NCBI GenBank assembly: GCA_041674225.1
Contig: JBAYWG010000002.1
Coordinates: 34,841 to 98,840, forward strand
DNA: 64,000 nucleotides
Origin: Minisyncoccota bacterium
Lineage (GTDB): Bacteria > Patescibacteriota > Minisyncoccia > Phycocordibacterales > JAACPR01
Reading direction: 5' to 3'
Shown here in pieces: positions 38,171 to 48,027 of this stretch (within the stretch, counting starts at the first letter, position 1; every line of letters begins with the position of its first letter). The translations under genes and the position numbers were made by a program. Below the pieces are notes generated by a model. It was given only the letters and a program-made list of their open reading frames with translations, did not search any database and was not told the DNA's origin.

Positions 38171-38815
38171 ATGGGAACTTTAAAACAAGTAGTTGTGGCG
38201 ATTTTGGTTTTGGTATTGTTGGCAGGAATAATTATTTTTGCTACAAACAAAGTTGAACCAAATAAAATTGATAATAATAACGTAGCAGAAGTGAAGGAAG
38301 AGCAGAAATATAATTTAACTGAACTTAACGAAAAAAATATGAAGGCAACAATACAAACAAATAAAGGAAATATAGTTTTGGAATTATTTGCTGAACAAAC
38401 TCCAAAAACTGCAGGTAACTTTGCAAAATTAGCAAAAGAAGGATTTTATGACGGAACAAAATTTCACCGAGTGATTGATGGATTTATGATTCAAGGTGGT
38501 GATCCTCAAACAAAAGATGATTCACTTCAAATGAGATGGGGAACAGGTGGACCTGGGTATCAATTTGAAGATGAGATTGTTGCAGGTTTGAGCAATGTTG
38601 TTGGAACTATTTCAATGGCGAATGCTGGTCCAAACACAAACGGTAGTCAATTCTTTATAAACGTTGGAGACAACACTTTCCTAGATGGTAAACACGCTGT
38701 GTTTGGAAAAGTTATTGAAGGAATGGATATTGTGATGATGATTTCTCAAGTTCAAAAGAATGAAAGGGATGTGCCAGTAGAAGCGATTGTTTTGGAAAAA
38801 GTTACTGTTGAATAA
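38171..38815 (+). CDS. Cyclophilin-type peptidyl-prolyl isomerase with N-terminal anchor
   Basis: FYDG..FHRVI.GFMIQGGDP, SMANAGPNTNGSQFFI, LDGKH.VFG. Confidence 0.95.
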   Translation: MGTLKQVVVAILVLVLLAGIIIFATNKVEPNKIDNNNVAEVKEEQKYNLTELNEKNMKATIQTNKGNIVLELFAEQTPKTAGNFAKLAKEGFYDGTKFHRVIDGFMIQGGDPQTKDDSLQMRWGTGGPGYQFEDEIVAGLSNVVGTISMANAGPNTNGSQFFINVGDNTFLDGKHAVFGKVIEGMDIVMMISQVQKNERDVPVEAIVLEKVTVE

Positions 38816-39671
38816 ATAAAGAATAATCAATTTCTTTTTTTCCCTCAGGAATGACACGCAAAATCTCAAGCGTGTCATTTTTGTATTGTGCAGAAACAAT
38901 TTTCACACGAATTTGTTTTCCATTTTTTTCTGTAAAGAAATATGCTCCTGGGTGTGGAGTGTAGGCCATAATTTTTAGGAAGTTTTTTCGAGGTGAATCT
39001 GAAAGTTTAATTTCTGCGTCAGATTTTTCGATTTTTTTTGTGAAAGTTGCATCTGCGTGATTTTGCTCAACAGGTTCAATTTCACCGGATATGTAGTGCG
39101 GCAAAATTTTTGCCAAAATTTTGCCGCCAACCTCAGCCAACTTTGCAGATACAACATTTTTATTTTCCCATTCTTTAAATTCAACAATTTCTTGAGACAA
39201 AATAGGTCCATGATCAACTTTTTCATCAATCAACATTATTGTGACACCAGTTTTTAATTCATCATTTAAAATCGCTGTTTCGATCGGTGAAGGTCCTCGG
39301 TATTTTGGCAGAAGTGAAGGATGAACATTTACGATTCCTTTTTTTGGTATTTCTAAAACATCTTTGGGAATAATTTTTCCATAAGACACAACAACGAATG
39401 CATCCCAATCTAAATTTTTTCCGTCCTCATCTTTATAACTTTTTAGTTGCACAAAGAAATCTCCAGAAAGTCTTTCAGGTTGAAAGTTTTTAGTTCCGTT
39501 TTCTTCAGCCCAAATTTTTACAGGGCAGGGAGTTAATTTAAGACCTCGACCTTGCAAACTGTCCGGAGTTGTAATAATTAAATTCGGCATTAAGTCTGCA
39601 GATTTGAGTTGATTTAAAACATCAACGCTAAATTCGCTCGTGCCAAAAAATATGTAATTATTTTTTTTCAT
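38802..39671 (-). CDS. fmt: Methionyl-tRNA formyltransferase
   Basis: FFGT.EFS, T.PD...GRG, NVHPSLLPKYRGPSPI. Confidence 0.95.
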   Translation of the reverse strand: MKKNNYIFFGTSEFSVDVLNQLKSADLMPNLIITTPDSLQGRGLKLTPCPVKIWAEENGTKNFQPERLSGDFFVQLKSYKDEDGKNLDWDAFVVVSYGKIIPKDVLEIPKKGIVNVHPSLLPKYRGPSPIETAILNDELKTGVTIMLIDEKVDHGPILSQEIVEFKEWENKNVVSAKLAEVGGKILAKILPHYISGEIEPVEQNHADATFTKKIEKSDAEIKLSDSPRKNFLKIMAYTPHPGAYFFTEKNGKQIRVKIVSAQYKNDTLEILRVIPEGKKEIDYSLFIQQ

Positions 39672-40167
39672 TATTTAATTTTAGTTCAGTTATGTTTGTG
39701 GCTTTGTCGATAAATAAAACGCCGTCTAGATGATCTATTTCGTGTTGAAAAATTTGTGCAAGTAGTCCAGCAGCTGAAACACTGAATTCATCTCCATTTT
39801 CATCTTTTGCTTCCACAGTCACCCGGCTAGATCTTTTTACTACTCCATAAAGCGGACGAACAGAAAGACATCCTTCATCCATTTTCTTTTTATCTTTTGA
39901 AATTTTTGTGATAACAGGATTTATGTAAACAAGTGGTAGATCTTTTGGCGCAGATCCGTCTTTCAAAATTTTTGGACTCACAACAAAGATTCTTTTTGTG
40001 ATTGCTATTTGAGGAGCGGCCAGTGCGACACCATCGTCTTGAGATTCTAATGCTTCGCGCATATCTTCCAGATTTTTCAAAAGTTTAACAGAACCGAATT
40101 CTTTTTCGGCTACTTCATCTGCAATTTTCCGCAGTGCTTTATGTCCGTCTTGAACAATTTCTACCAT
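39658..40167 (-). CDS. def: Peptide deformylase
   Basis: GVALAAPQI, EGCLS, QHEIDHL.G. Confidence 0.96.
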   Translation of the reverse strand: MVEIVQDGHKALRKIADEVAEKEFGSVKLLKNLEDMREALESQDDGVALAAPQIAITKRIFVVSPKILKDGSAPKDLPLVYINPVITKISKDKKKMDEGCLSVRPLYGVVKRSSRVTVEAKDENGDEFSVSAAGLLAQIFQHEIDHLDGVLFIDKATNITELKLNNEKK

Positions 40168-40214
40168 ATGGCCTAGTATATAGGAATTTTCAAAAGAAAA
40201 AACCCCCGAAGGGG

Positions 40215-40697
40215 TTACCAAGTTTCGCCATTTGGTTTTTCTTTATATTCTTTCAGTTTATAGACTGTTGTCTCATTAGCTTCGAGTTTTTCCCATCTTT
40301 TTGCAGGATTATTGTCGTTTTTGCGACTAAACAATTCAATTACTCTTTCCTTGATTAGACCCAGAGAAGGATGTAAATCGCTCTTGTTTATTTTCTCTGT
40401 TTGCAACTCTGTTCTTACTATTTGGAAATAGCTCGAGTTAGATTCAGAAATCTCTCGGACTGATTTAATAGGAATCGAATTAAAAGTGACACCCTTTTTC
40501 ATCAGTATTAATATTTTGTATTCTGGAACATATCCTCCGAAACCAACATTGTATTGCAGTACAATCACTGCAATTTTGCGGTCAAAGATTAACACCGGAT
40601 TAGTGATCATCTCACCTTTCTGGAGTAGGAGAGCAATTGTTTCCTCGAGTTTTTCGCAAAAATTACGAAACTTAAACATATCTTCTACACTGTTCAT
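40215..40697 (-). CDS. Orphan protein, paralog of 40785-41291
   Basis: Shared D...F.NF...L...I..LL, P..I.DRK.A and WE.L.A motifs; own terminator CCCC-GAA-GGGG. Confidence 0.6.
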   Translation of the reverse strand: MNSVEDMFKFRNFCEKLEETIALLLQKGEMITNPVLIFDRKIAVIVLQYNVGFGGYVPEYKILILMKKGVTFNSIPIKSVREISESNSSYFQIVRTELQTEKINKSDLHPSLGLIKERVIELFSRKNDNNPAKRWEKLEANETTVYKLKEYKEKPNGETW

Positions 40698-40784
40698 TTG
40701 TACTGTTGTTTGGAATTCAAATTCAAAACTACACTTCCAAAAATAAAAAGTCAATTAAATAAAAAACCCCCGGAGGGGTTGTGG

Positions 40785-41291
40785 TTATTCTGGTGAAATA
40801 GTATAGGTGACTTGTTTTTCCGCATACAATTCCTCCCATCCATGTTGTGGAATTTCGGTGTTAATGTTAAAAATTCCTCCCATAACTTTTTTCAGCTGCT
40901 CGATTGCCTCAAGTTGTCTCTTGGCGAAAAATAATTGCTTATCTTCTGCGGGTTTAAATTCCGTTGTGGATTTAAAACTGGATGTAAGAACTAGATTTTT
41001 TACACAAGTATCCCATTCCATTTTGGTAATTACTTCAAGATTACCACAAGGATCCCAATTGAATCCCTTTGGAATTATCACAATCAATTCAACTACTGTG
41101 AATTCCGGAGGAATCCCCGCATCACCTGAGTTTTCACAGATAACTAAACCTGCTAATTTTCTGTCATAGATTTGAATTGGACTCACAATATCAAATCCTC
41201 TTTTCTGAAAATTTAATAAGTCAGTGATAGAATCAGTCAATTCATTAATAAAGTTTACAAAAGCATACGCATCTTTTATACCTGGACTCAT
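40785..41291 (-). CDS. Orphan protein, paralog of 40215-40697
   Basis: Same motifs; own promoter and terminator. Confidence 0.65.
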   Translation of the reverse strand: MSPGIKDAYAFVNFINELTDSITDLLNFQKRGFDIVSPIQIYDRKLAGLVICENSGDAGIPPEFTVVELIVIIPKGFNWDPCGNLEVITKMEWDTCVKNLVLTSSFKSTTEFKPAEDKQLFFAKRQLEAIEQLKKVMGGIFNINTEIPQHGWEELYAEKQVTYTISPE

Positions 41292-41370
41292 TATAATGTA
41301 CTTAATTGGTTAGTTTTGAATTCAAATCTCAAAATACACCTCTAAAAAATAAAAGTCAATTTGCGAAAAA

Positions 41371-43275
41371 TTAAAGTACACTCGGAGTATCAACGATGAT
41401 TTTGAATTGTGGGGGAAGAGTCATTAATTTCTTTCGGAGCGTTTCGTCAGGCCAACTTTTTGGATCAATTTTCAAAACTCCGTTCCAAATCATTTTACCT
41501 TTTTGTCTTTCTGTAAAAGCTGGATAAACCAAAAGATCATAAGGCTCTAGAAATTTCTTTGCTTCCAAAATCGCTTTCTCGGCAGCTTTCGGTGTACCTC
41601 CAACAGAAATTTTTATCAATCGCACAAAAGGCGGATAGCTATATTTTTTTCGATCACAAAATTCATTTCGATAAAAATCCGCTAAGTTTCCTTGTCGAGC
41701 ATTTTCAAAAATAGTATCGTCTGCACGCCGTGTACTGATTTGAAATCTTCTTGTAGCTTTGGCACGTAGACGAAGCAGAATTCTCAAAATTCTTTCACGA
41801 ATAGCAAAGTCTGGAATTGAAAAAAGAGAATCAATCGAAGCAATTAAAACATTTTCAACTGGTTCGTTCATATAGTGAAGTGCCATTTCTGTCCCGATTA
41901 ATACACTTCCTGGTTTTGCATAAAAAGCCTCAATAATTTCTCGTGCTTGTTTAGAAGTCTTTGCATGCTGACTATCTAAAATAAATAAATTTAAATCAGG
42001 AAATGTTTCTTTTATTTTTTCTGCGACACCTTCGACTCCGATTCCAAGCATTTGCAATCTCCAGCTATCACAATGCGCACATTTTTCTCCTGCTCTCCGC
42101 ACATCTCCGCAAGTGTGACATTGAAAAATATTTCCACCTTGTGTTGGATCTTTCCCGTACAAAACTACGGGAGTACTACAGTTTTTGCATATCACCACAG
42201 TTCCACAATCAGAACACACAATAGATGGCGCTAATCCACGGCGTGCTGTGAAAATAAAAGTATTTTCGTTTTCTGATTTTGCGCTCTTTAAAATCTCAAA
42301 AGTTTCGTTTGATAAAATTGAAAAAACATTTCCAGAATTTGAATAATCTTTTTTCATGTCGATTATTTTTGATTCTGCTGTTGAAAGAGCACGAAACTTC
42401 AATGTCCCTTCTTCTAAAAATTCATGAGTGTCATATCGAGACAATGTCTCTACGCGCAAAGCAATATCTCCCAAGAAAAATCTCGCTCCGATAATGCTCG
42501 CATAATTTTCTGCGCAATTTCTAATATCTATATACGGCATAAATTGAGTTCGATATGAATTAGAACTTTCTTGTTCAATTATGATTGTGCCAATATCGTG
42601 GCGTGGAATTGAGATAAAGCTTCCAGTTCCGATAATCAAAACCGGTCGATTGTGTTCGATGACATTGTTCCAAGATTTTATAAGTTGAGATTTTGTCATT
42701 GCGCTGTTGAAAGTGAAGGTGTGGTCTTCGATTCCTTTAGAAATTAATTTCTTGGTTCTTTCTATGTCTTCGATTGTTGGACAAATAAAAATCACTGAAC
42801 TATTTCTCGCAAAAGATTCTCGAACCAAACTTTTATAACTCGCATATCTTTCATCAAACTGATCTTGAATTACATATTTTTCACTTTGTTCATTTAAATC
42901 ACAGGGAGATATTTGAGATGGTGGATTTTTTAATTCTTTTATATTTTCAAATATTTTTTTCGGAACCAGTGCGCTGATAATTGCTCCTGTTGATGTTGCA
43001 AAATGTTCAGCCGATTTTCCACAAGCTTCTATGAATTGATTTTGTAGGATTGTATTTTTTGAAATTCCACGAATTCTTTTTAAAGTAAATTTTTGAGATT
43101 TTAATTCTTCTTTGCTTGCGAGCGCTGGTTTTTTATTCAAAACTATTCCGTTGACAATCTTTTTCCGTAGTTCAATTGTCACTAAAGATCCTATCTCAAT
43201 ATCTTTGGTCGAAAAATAAGACAGGTGCTCCACCCGAATACTTTTAGTTAATGGCATTATCTCGAGAATATACAT
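41371..43275 (-). CDS. priA: Primosomal protein N'
   Basis: RRG.A....C.DCG....C.NC...C..CG...C..C.S Zn motifs, LIGT, YPPF. Confidence 0.92.
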   Translation of the reverse strand: MYILEIMPLTKSIRVEHLSYFSTKDIEIGSLVTIELRKKIVNGIVLNKKPALASKEELKSQKFTLKRIRGISKNTILQNQFIEACGKSAEHFATSTGAIISALVPKKIFENIKELKNPPSQISPCDLNEQSEKYVIQDQFDERYASYKSLVRESFARNSSVIFICPTIEDIERTKKLISKGIEDHTFTFNSAMTKSQLIKSWNNVIEHNRPVLIIGTGSFISIPRHDIGTIIIEQESSNSYRTQFMPYIDIRNCAENYASIIGARFFLGDIALRVETLSRYDTHEFLEEGTLKFRALSTAESKIIDMKKDYSNSGNVFSILSNETFEILKSAKSENENTFIFTARRGLAPSIVCSDCGTVVICKNCSTPVVLYGKDPTQGGNIFQCHTCGDVRRAGEKCAHCDSWRLQMLGIGVEGVAEKIKETFPDLNLFILDSQHAKTSKQAREIIEAFYAKPGSVLIGTEMALHYMNEPVENVLIASIDSLFSIPDFAIRERILRILLRLRAKATRRFQISTRRADDTIFENARQGNLADFYRNEFCDRKKYSYPPFVRLIKISVGGTPKAAEKAILEAKKFLEPYDLLVYPAFTERQKGKMIWNGVLKIDPKSWPDETLRKKLMTLPPQFKIIVDTPSVL

Positions 43276-43342
43276 AATTTGTTGATTTCACTATTCTTCC
43301 AAAAAGTAGGAAAATAAGCTAGACTTTGCGTACTAAAACTCT

Positions 43343-44356
43343 ATGGGATTTTTCACACCAAAATTAGGTATCGATTTAGGAACTGCTAACACCCTTGTTT
43401 TTGCACCTGGAAGGGGAGTTATCTTGAATGAACCATCTGTTGTGGCTGTTTCAGAACAAGACAATAAAATCTTGGCCGTGGGTAATGAAGCTAAAGAAAT
43501 GATTGGTAGAACTCCTGAAAGTATTGTGGCGTATCGACCGATGCGTGATGGTGTAATTGCTGATTATCGTGTGACAGAAGCGATGCTTAGTTATTATTTT
43601 TCAAAAGCTCTAGGTAAATGGAATATTTGGAAACCAGAAGTAATGGTGAGTGTGCCAGCAGGTGTGACTTCGACAGAACGTCGAGCTGTAATCGAAGCTG
43701 CTATTAAAGCTGGAGCAAAAAATGCATACGTGGTGAAAGAACCGATTCTTGCTGCTATCGGTGCTGGAATTCCAATTCATGAAGCGCAAGGTCACATGGT
43801 GGTAGATATCGGAGGAGGAACAACTGACGTCGCTGTGATTTCTTTAGGAGGAATTGTTGCTTCTACTTCTGTGAAAGTTGCCGGAAATAAAATTGATCAA
43901 GCAATAATTGATTACATTAAAAAAACTTTCAATCTTGCGATCGGAGATAAAACTGCAGAGCAGATAAAAATAAAAGTTGGTTCAGCCGTTTTTCTAGAAG
44001 AAGAATTGGAAATGATTATTAAAGGAAGAGATTATCTAACAGGTCTTCCGCGTTCTACAAGTATAAAAACAAATGAAATTGTAAAAGCAATAAGTCGTGA
44101 ACTTCGAGAAATGATTAAAGCGATTAAAGATGTGTTGCAAGAAACTCCACCTGAATTGGCTGCAGATATTATTGATCACGGAATTACGATGACAGGAGGT
44201 TCTTCAATGCTCCGGAATCTTCCAGAACTTGTTTATCGTCGAACAGGTGTGAAAGCACAACTCGCAAAAGATCCTCTATATTGCGTGGCAAAGGGAACCG
44301 GAATTGCTTTGAACCATTTGGATACTTATAAGAAGACAATAATCACTAAACGATAA
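43343..44356 (+). CDS. mreB: MreB/Mbl-family actin homolog (stand-alone copy)
   Basis: GIDLGTANT, EPSVVA, DIGGGTTD, TGG. Confidence 0.92.
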   Translation: MGFFTPKLGIDLGTANTLVFAPGRGVILNEPSVVAVSEQDNKILAVGNEAKEMIGRTPESIVAYRPMRDGVIADYRVTEAMLSYYFSKALGKWNIWKPEVMVSVPAGVTSTERRAVIEAAIKAGAKNAYVVKEPILAAIGAGIPIHEAQGHMVVDIGGGTTDVAVISLGGIVASTSVKVAGNKIDQAIIDYIKKTFNLAIGDKTAEQIKIKVGSAVFLEEELEMIIKGRDYLTGLPRSTSIKTNEIVKAISRELREMIKAIKDVLQETPPELAADIIDHGITMTGGSSMLRNLPELVYRRTGVKAQLAKDPLYCVAKGTGIALNHLDTYKKTIITKR

Positions 44357-44494
44357 ACACACAGAAAATTACTAATTCACAGACGCGCGTTCGAGAATTT
44401 TTAAATGCTTCGCATTCAAAAATCTCTCGCCGCTACAGGCTCGGCCTTGAAGGGCCTGCGCAGTGTCTGTGAATTAGTAATTTTCTGTGTGTTT
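44355..44494. repeat. 140-bp element with 30-bp perfect terminal inverted repeats (MITE/REP-like)
   Basis: AAACACACAGAAAATTACTAATTCACAGAC (44355-44384) and its exact reverse complement (44465-44494), with internal hairpins. Confidence 0.8.
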
Positions 44495-44525
44495 GTACTT
44501 TAATTAAATTGTTATAAAAGAAAAT

Positions 44526-44557
44526 GAGCTCTGTCGGTGTGAAAACCGACAGAGCTC
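44526..44557 (-). terminator. Hairpin terminator
   Basis: GAGCTCTGTCGGT-GTGAAA-ACCGACAGAGCTC preceded by an A-tract. Confidence 0.7.
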
Positions 44558-44765
44558 GCTCAAACTTGATTTAACTCAAGTTTGATCTTAACGTCCGGTG
44601 CAGTCAGTGCCTCATTTTGTGTCTTTCGACTACCGGTCTACGAAACAAGTTCGTAGTTAGAGCTGTTGAATTTTATAATACACTTTTTGTTAAAAAGCAA
44701 GTAATGTGGTTTTAAATAAAACAGGACACACTCTAGTGAGTGTGTCCTTGTGCTTGTGTTGTGTT

Positions 44766-45017
44766 TTAAAACAACTGGATACCCATTAATGGTATTTTAA
44801 AAACACAGCAAATCCCAAATGAAATCACAAATACTGTCCCCACAGTTTTGCCTGGAGTATAAGTTTTTTTTGCGTAAGTTTCAAAAAGTCTTAACCTTGA
44901 TTTGGAAAAAAAATCAATGCCAAGACACACTATTGCTCCAAACATCCATACTGCATATAGCAAGAACGAAGTGTTAATTGCCAGCTCACATAGTAGTAAA
45001 AGAACATCTTTTTTCAT
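44766..45017 (-). CDS. Small orphan membrane protein
   Basis: Two hydrophobic segments; TTGACA at 45047-45052; hairpin at 44723-44748. Confidence 0.5.
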   Translation of the reverse strand: MKKDVLLLLCELAINTSFLLYAVWMFGAIVCLGIDFFSKSRLRLFETYAKKTYTPGKTVGTVFVISFGICCVFKIPLMGIQLF

Positions 45018-45089
45018 TTCAATATATAAACACAATATTAGATTTATGTCAATTAAACATAATCTATTTCATACTGCTATAATTTGAGC

Positions 45090-45791
45090 ATGCAAAGTTT
45101 AATTGACTCATATAAAAACACAGGCACATTGCATCATGCGTATGTTGTGGAAGGCGAGACGGATCACGCTTATAAAAACGTATGTGATTTTTGCGAGAAG
45201 GATTTAAATTTTCAGATAAAGGCCAATCCACATTTTATTTACGAAGCATACGATAAATTTTTGGTTGATGACGCACGGCGAATTCGAGAGTTGCAAATGA
45301 ATAAAACAAAAGAAGGTCAAAGAAAGATTTTTGTAATCTCTTTTAATTTTATTACAGAGCAAGCACAAAATTCTTTGCTAAAAGTTTTGGAAGAACCAAC
45401 CAAAGGAACTCACTTTTTTATTTTGACACCATCTTCAGAAGTTTTTCTAGATACAATTCGTTCGCGCGTTTCGATTCTTAGTGCAATCGGTACAACAGAA
45501 AATTCTGAGGCATTAGATTTTCTTTCTCTGAGTGTACCTAAAAGAATTAAATTTATTGCTAATTTAGTGCAAAAAATAAAAGATGAAAAAGCTAGTAAAT
45601 TTGATGCGATCAAATTGATTAAAGGTTTAGAAATAGAAATTCATAAAAAAGCAGTTTCAAATTCTGCTACTCCAGAAGAAAGAAAAGAATATTTTAAAAA
45701 ATTAAAAAACATCAATAAAGTTGGGGATTATTTAAATGACAATTCTGCTTCTGTAAAACAAATTCTCGAATATACTTCGACCATAATTTAA
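45090..45791 (+). CDS. holB: DNA polymerase III delta-prime-like subunit (short form)
   Basis: LHHAY, ..D.AR.I, T.QAQNSLLKVLEEP, L.TIRSR. Confidence 0.8.
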   Translation: MQSLIDSYKNTGTLHHAYVVEGETDHAYKNVCDFCEKDLNFQIKANPHFIYEAYDKFLVDDARRIRELQMNKTKEGQRKIFVISFNFITEQAQNSLLKVLEEPTKGTHFFILTPSSEVFLDTIRSRVSILSAIGTTENSEALDFLSLSVPKRIKFIANLVQKIKDEKASKFDAIKLIKGLEIEIHKKAVSNSATPEERKEYFKKLKNINKVGDYLNDNSASVKQILEYTSTII

Positions 45792-45830
45792 TTTTTACTA
45801 AAAAGCTGATTTCTGCTAATATATAAACAT

Positions 45831-46385
45831 ATGTCATACGATTTTTCAGATTTCAAAAAACAACTTATTAATATTGAGGATTGGTTAAAAAAAGAATTTT
45901 CAGGTTTACGGGCTGGGCGTGCGAGTATTTCTATTTTAGATAATGTTTTTGTAGAATCTTATGGTTCAAAAATGTCTCTAAATCAAGTAGCTAGTCTTTC
46001 TGTGGAAGATTCTCGAACAATTAGAATTTCTCCTTGGGACAAAACTCTAGTTGGCTCAATCGAAAAGGCGATTACTCTTGCTGATATTGGTGTTTCAACT
46101 GTTTCTGATGGAGAAGGTGTACGTGCAATTTTTCCAATTCTTACAACAGAGAACAGAGAAAAACTTGTGAAGGTAGCAAAAAACAAAACTGAAGAAGCAA
46201 AAATTTCTGTAAGAAATGATAGAGCGACTGTTGTTAAGGAAATTGAAGCTGCACAAAAAAGTGGAGAGCTACCAGAAGACGATGCAAAAAGAGACAAAGA
46301 AAGTGTTCAGAAAATGGTAGATGAGGCAAATACGAAACTAGATATTTTGTTTAAGCAAAAAGAAGAAGAAATTCTATGTCAATAA
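45831..46385 (+). CDS. frr: Ribosome recycling factor
   Basis: LR.GRA....LD...VE.YG, I.PWD, P.LT.E.R, AKISVRN.R. Confidence 0.96.
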   Translation: MSYDFSDFKKQLINIEDWLKKEFSGLRAGRASISILDNVFVESYGSKMSLNQVASLSVEDSRTIRISPWDKTLVGSIEKAITLADIGVSTVSDGEGVRAIFPILTTENREKLVKVAKNKTEEAKISVRNDRATVVKEIEAAQKSGELPEDDAKRDKESVQKMVDEANTKLDILFKQKEEEILCQ

Positions 46386-47473
46386 TTATTTTCCTAATAA
46401 TTTTAGGTGTACTGATTTTTGTCCACGAGTTGGGGCATTTTTCAATTGCAAAATGGGCAAAGATTCGCGTAGATGAATTTGCTGTTGGTTTTCCTCCGAA
46501 AATAATTTCTTATACAAAAAACGGCACAAAATACGCTTTGAATTTAATTCCTTTTGGAGGTTATGTGAAAATTTTTGGAGAAAATCCAGATGAAGAATCT
46601 TTGAATCCAGAAGCTGATAATAGCTTTGTAAATAAAAGTAAATGGATACAAGCGGCTGTTTTGATCGCTGGAATTACTTTCAATATTATTTTTGCGTGGA
46701 TGCTTATAAGTGCTAGCTACATGATGAGTTTCCCTGCAATTGTAAATGAAGAGAATTTTTCTAAAGTAGAAAATGTACAAACTCACATCACACATGTTGC
46801 TCCTGGAAGCCCTGCAGAAAATTCTGGACTGCAAGTTGGAGATACGATTCAAAGTTTAATTGCTGGAGAAAACAGTTTATTAAAAACTGAACAAACTAAA
46901 ATTGAAGATATTCAAAATTTCATTGCAGAAAATTCCGAAGAGGAAATTAAAATTGTTGTAGATAGAAATGATGAAGAACAAACTTTTTCTGTTGTGCCAA
47001 CAAGTGGTTTGGTGGAGGGAAAGAAAACAATCGGAATTGTGATGTCTGAATTGGGAGATTTGCAATTGAGTTTTTTTCCAGCACTATGGCAAGGTGCTAA
47101 AACAACTGCTACTTTGTTGAAAGAAACAGCTGTTGGTCTGGCTTTATTTATTGGTACAGCAATTACCGGCCAAGCAAATCTTGATCAAGTATCTGGTCCT
47201 GTTGGAATTGTTGGTCATGTAGGAGACGCTGCACAATTTGGATTTTCTTATCTACTTACTTTCACTGCATTTATTTCAATTAACCTGGCTGTGATAAATC
47301 TAATTCCTTTTCCAGCATTAGACGGTGGAAGATTACTTTTTGTTGCGATCGAAGGAATAATTAAAAAACCAATCAAACCAAAAATTGCGAATACTTTAAA
47401 CTTAATCGGATTCGCACTTCTAATGCTTCTCATGATTTCTGTAACTGTTAGCGATATTGTAAAACTTTTCTAG
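46376..47473 (+). CDS. rseP: RIP metalloprotease RseP
   Basis: HELGH, PFGGYV, PDZ domain, NLIPFPALDGG. Confidence 0.95.
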   Translation: MSIIIFLIILGVLIFVHELGHFSIAKWAKIRVDEFAVGFPPKIISYTKNGTKYALNLIPFGGYVKIFGENPDEESLNPEADNSFVNKSKWIQAAVLIAGITFNIIFAWMLISASYMMSFPAIVNEENFSKVENVQTHITHVAPGSPAENSGLQVGDTIQSLIAGENSLLKTEQTKIEDIQNFIAENSEEEIKIVVDRNDEEQTFSVVPTSGLVEGKKTIGIVMSELGDLQLSFFPALWQGAKTTATLLKETAVGLALFIGTAITGQANLDQVSGPVGIVGHVGDAAQFGFSYLLTFTAFISINLAVINLIPFPALDGGRLLFVAIEGIIKKPIKPKIANTLNLIGFALLMLLMISVTVSDIVKLF

Positions 47474-47494
47474 ATAGTGTATTTTCATTTTTAG

Positions 47495-47962
47495 ATGAAA
47501 AGAATTTTCACTGATCTTGCTACTAACTATATTTATAGTGTCTTTGTTGAATTGACTTATGAACAGAAAAACAAGGCATACTTCAACTTCGCTTTTGAGA
47601 GTGAACAGGTAAAATCGGATATCGTTATTGTTGATTCATTTGATGAACTGATTAATTTCGAGAAACTTTTCGAAGATTATATATTGAAGCGCATTAAAGA
47701 AAACCGGCCAATTATTTTCATAATCGAAACCGTTTGTGAAAAATCTGAGAAACCTTGCAGAAATTTTGAGGAGGTGTGTGATGTTTTGTACATTTGTGAT
47801 TCTGAATATATTCATGAATTAATCTCTAGTATGATTCCTCCCGTAGTCGTTTTACCAGAGACGCTAATTGCTGATAAACCGAAGGTTGTTTGCAACTTCG
47901 GTTTGTATCTAACTCTTTGTTCGGAGTCGGAAAAATATAAACTTCAACCAATCTTTGACTAA
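47495..47962 (+). CDS. Orphan protein
   Basis: 155-aa ORF with terminator AACCGC-CTCGC-GCGGTT plus T run near 47970-47990. Confidence 0.55.
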   Translation: MKRIFTDLATNYIYSVFVELTYEQKNKAYFNFAFESEQVKSDIVIVDSFDELINFEKLFEDYILKRIKENRPIIFIIETVCEKSEKPCRNFEEVCDVLYICDSEYIHELISSMIPPVVVLPETLIADKPKVVCNFGLYLTLCSESEKYKLQPIFD

Positions 47963-48027
47963 AACCAACAACCGCCTCGCGCGGTTTTTTCTTTTATATG
48001 AACAAAAGATAGTATAGAATATTGCTT

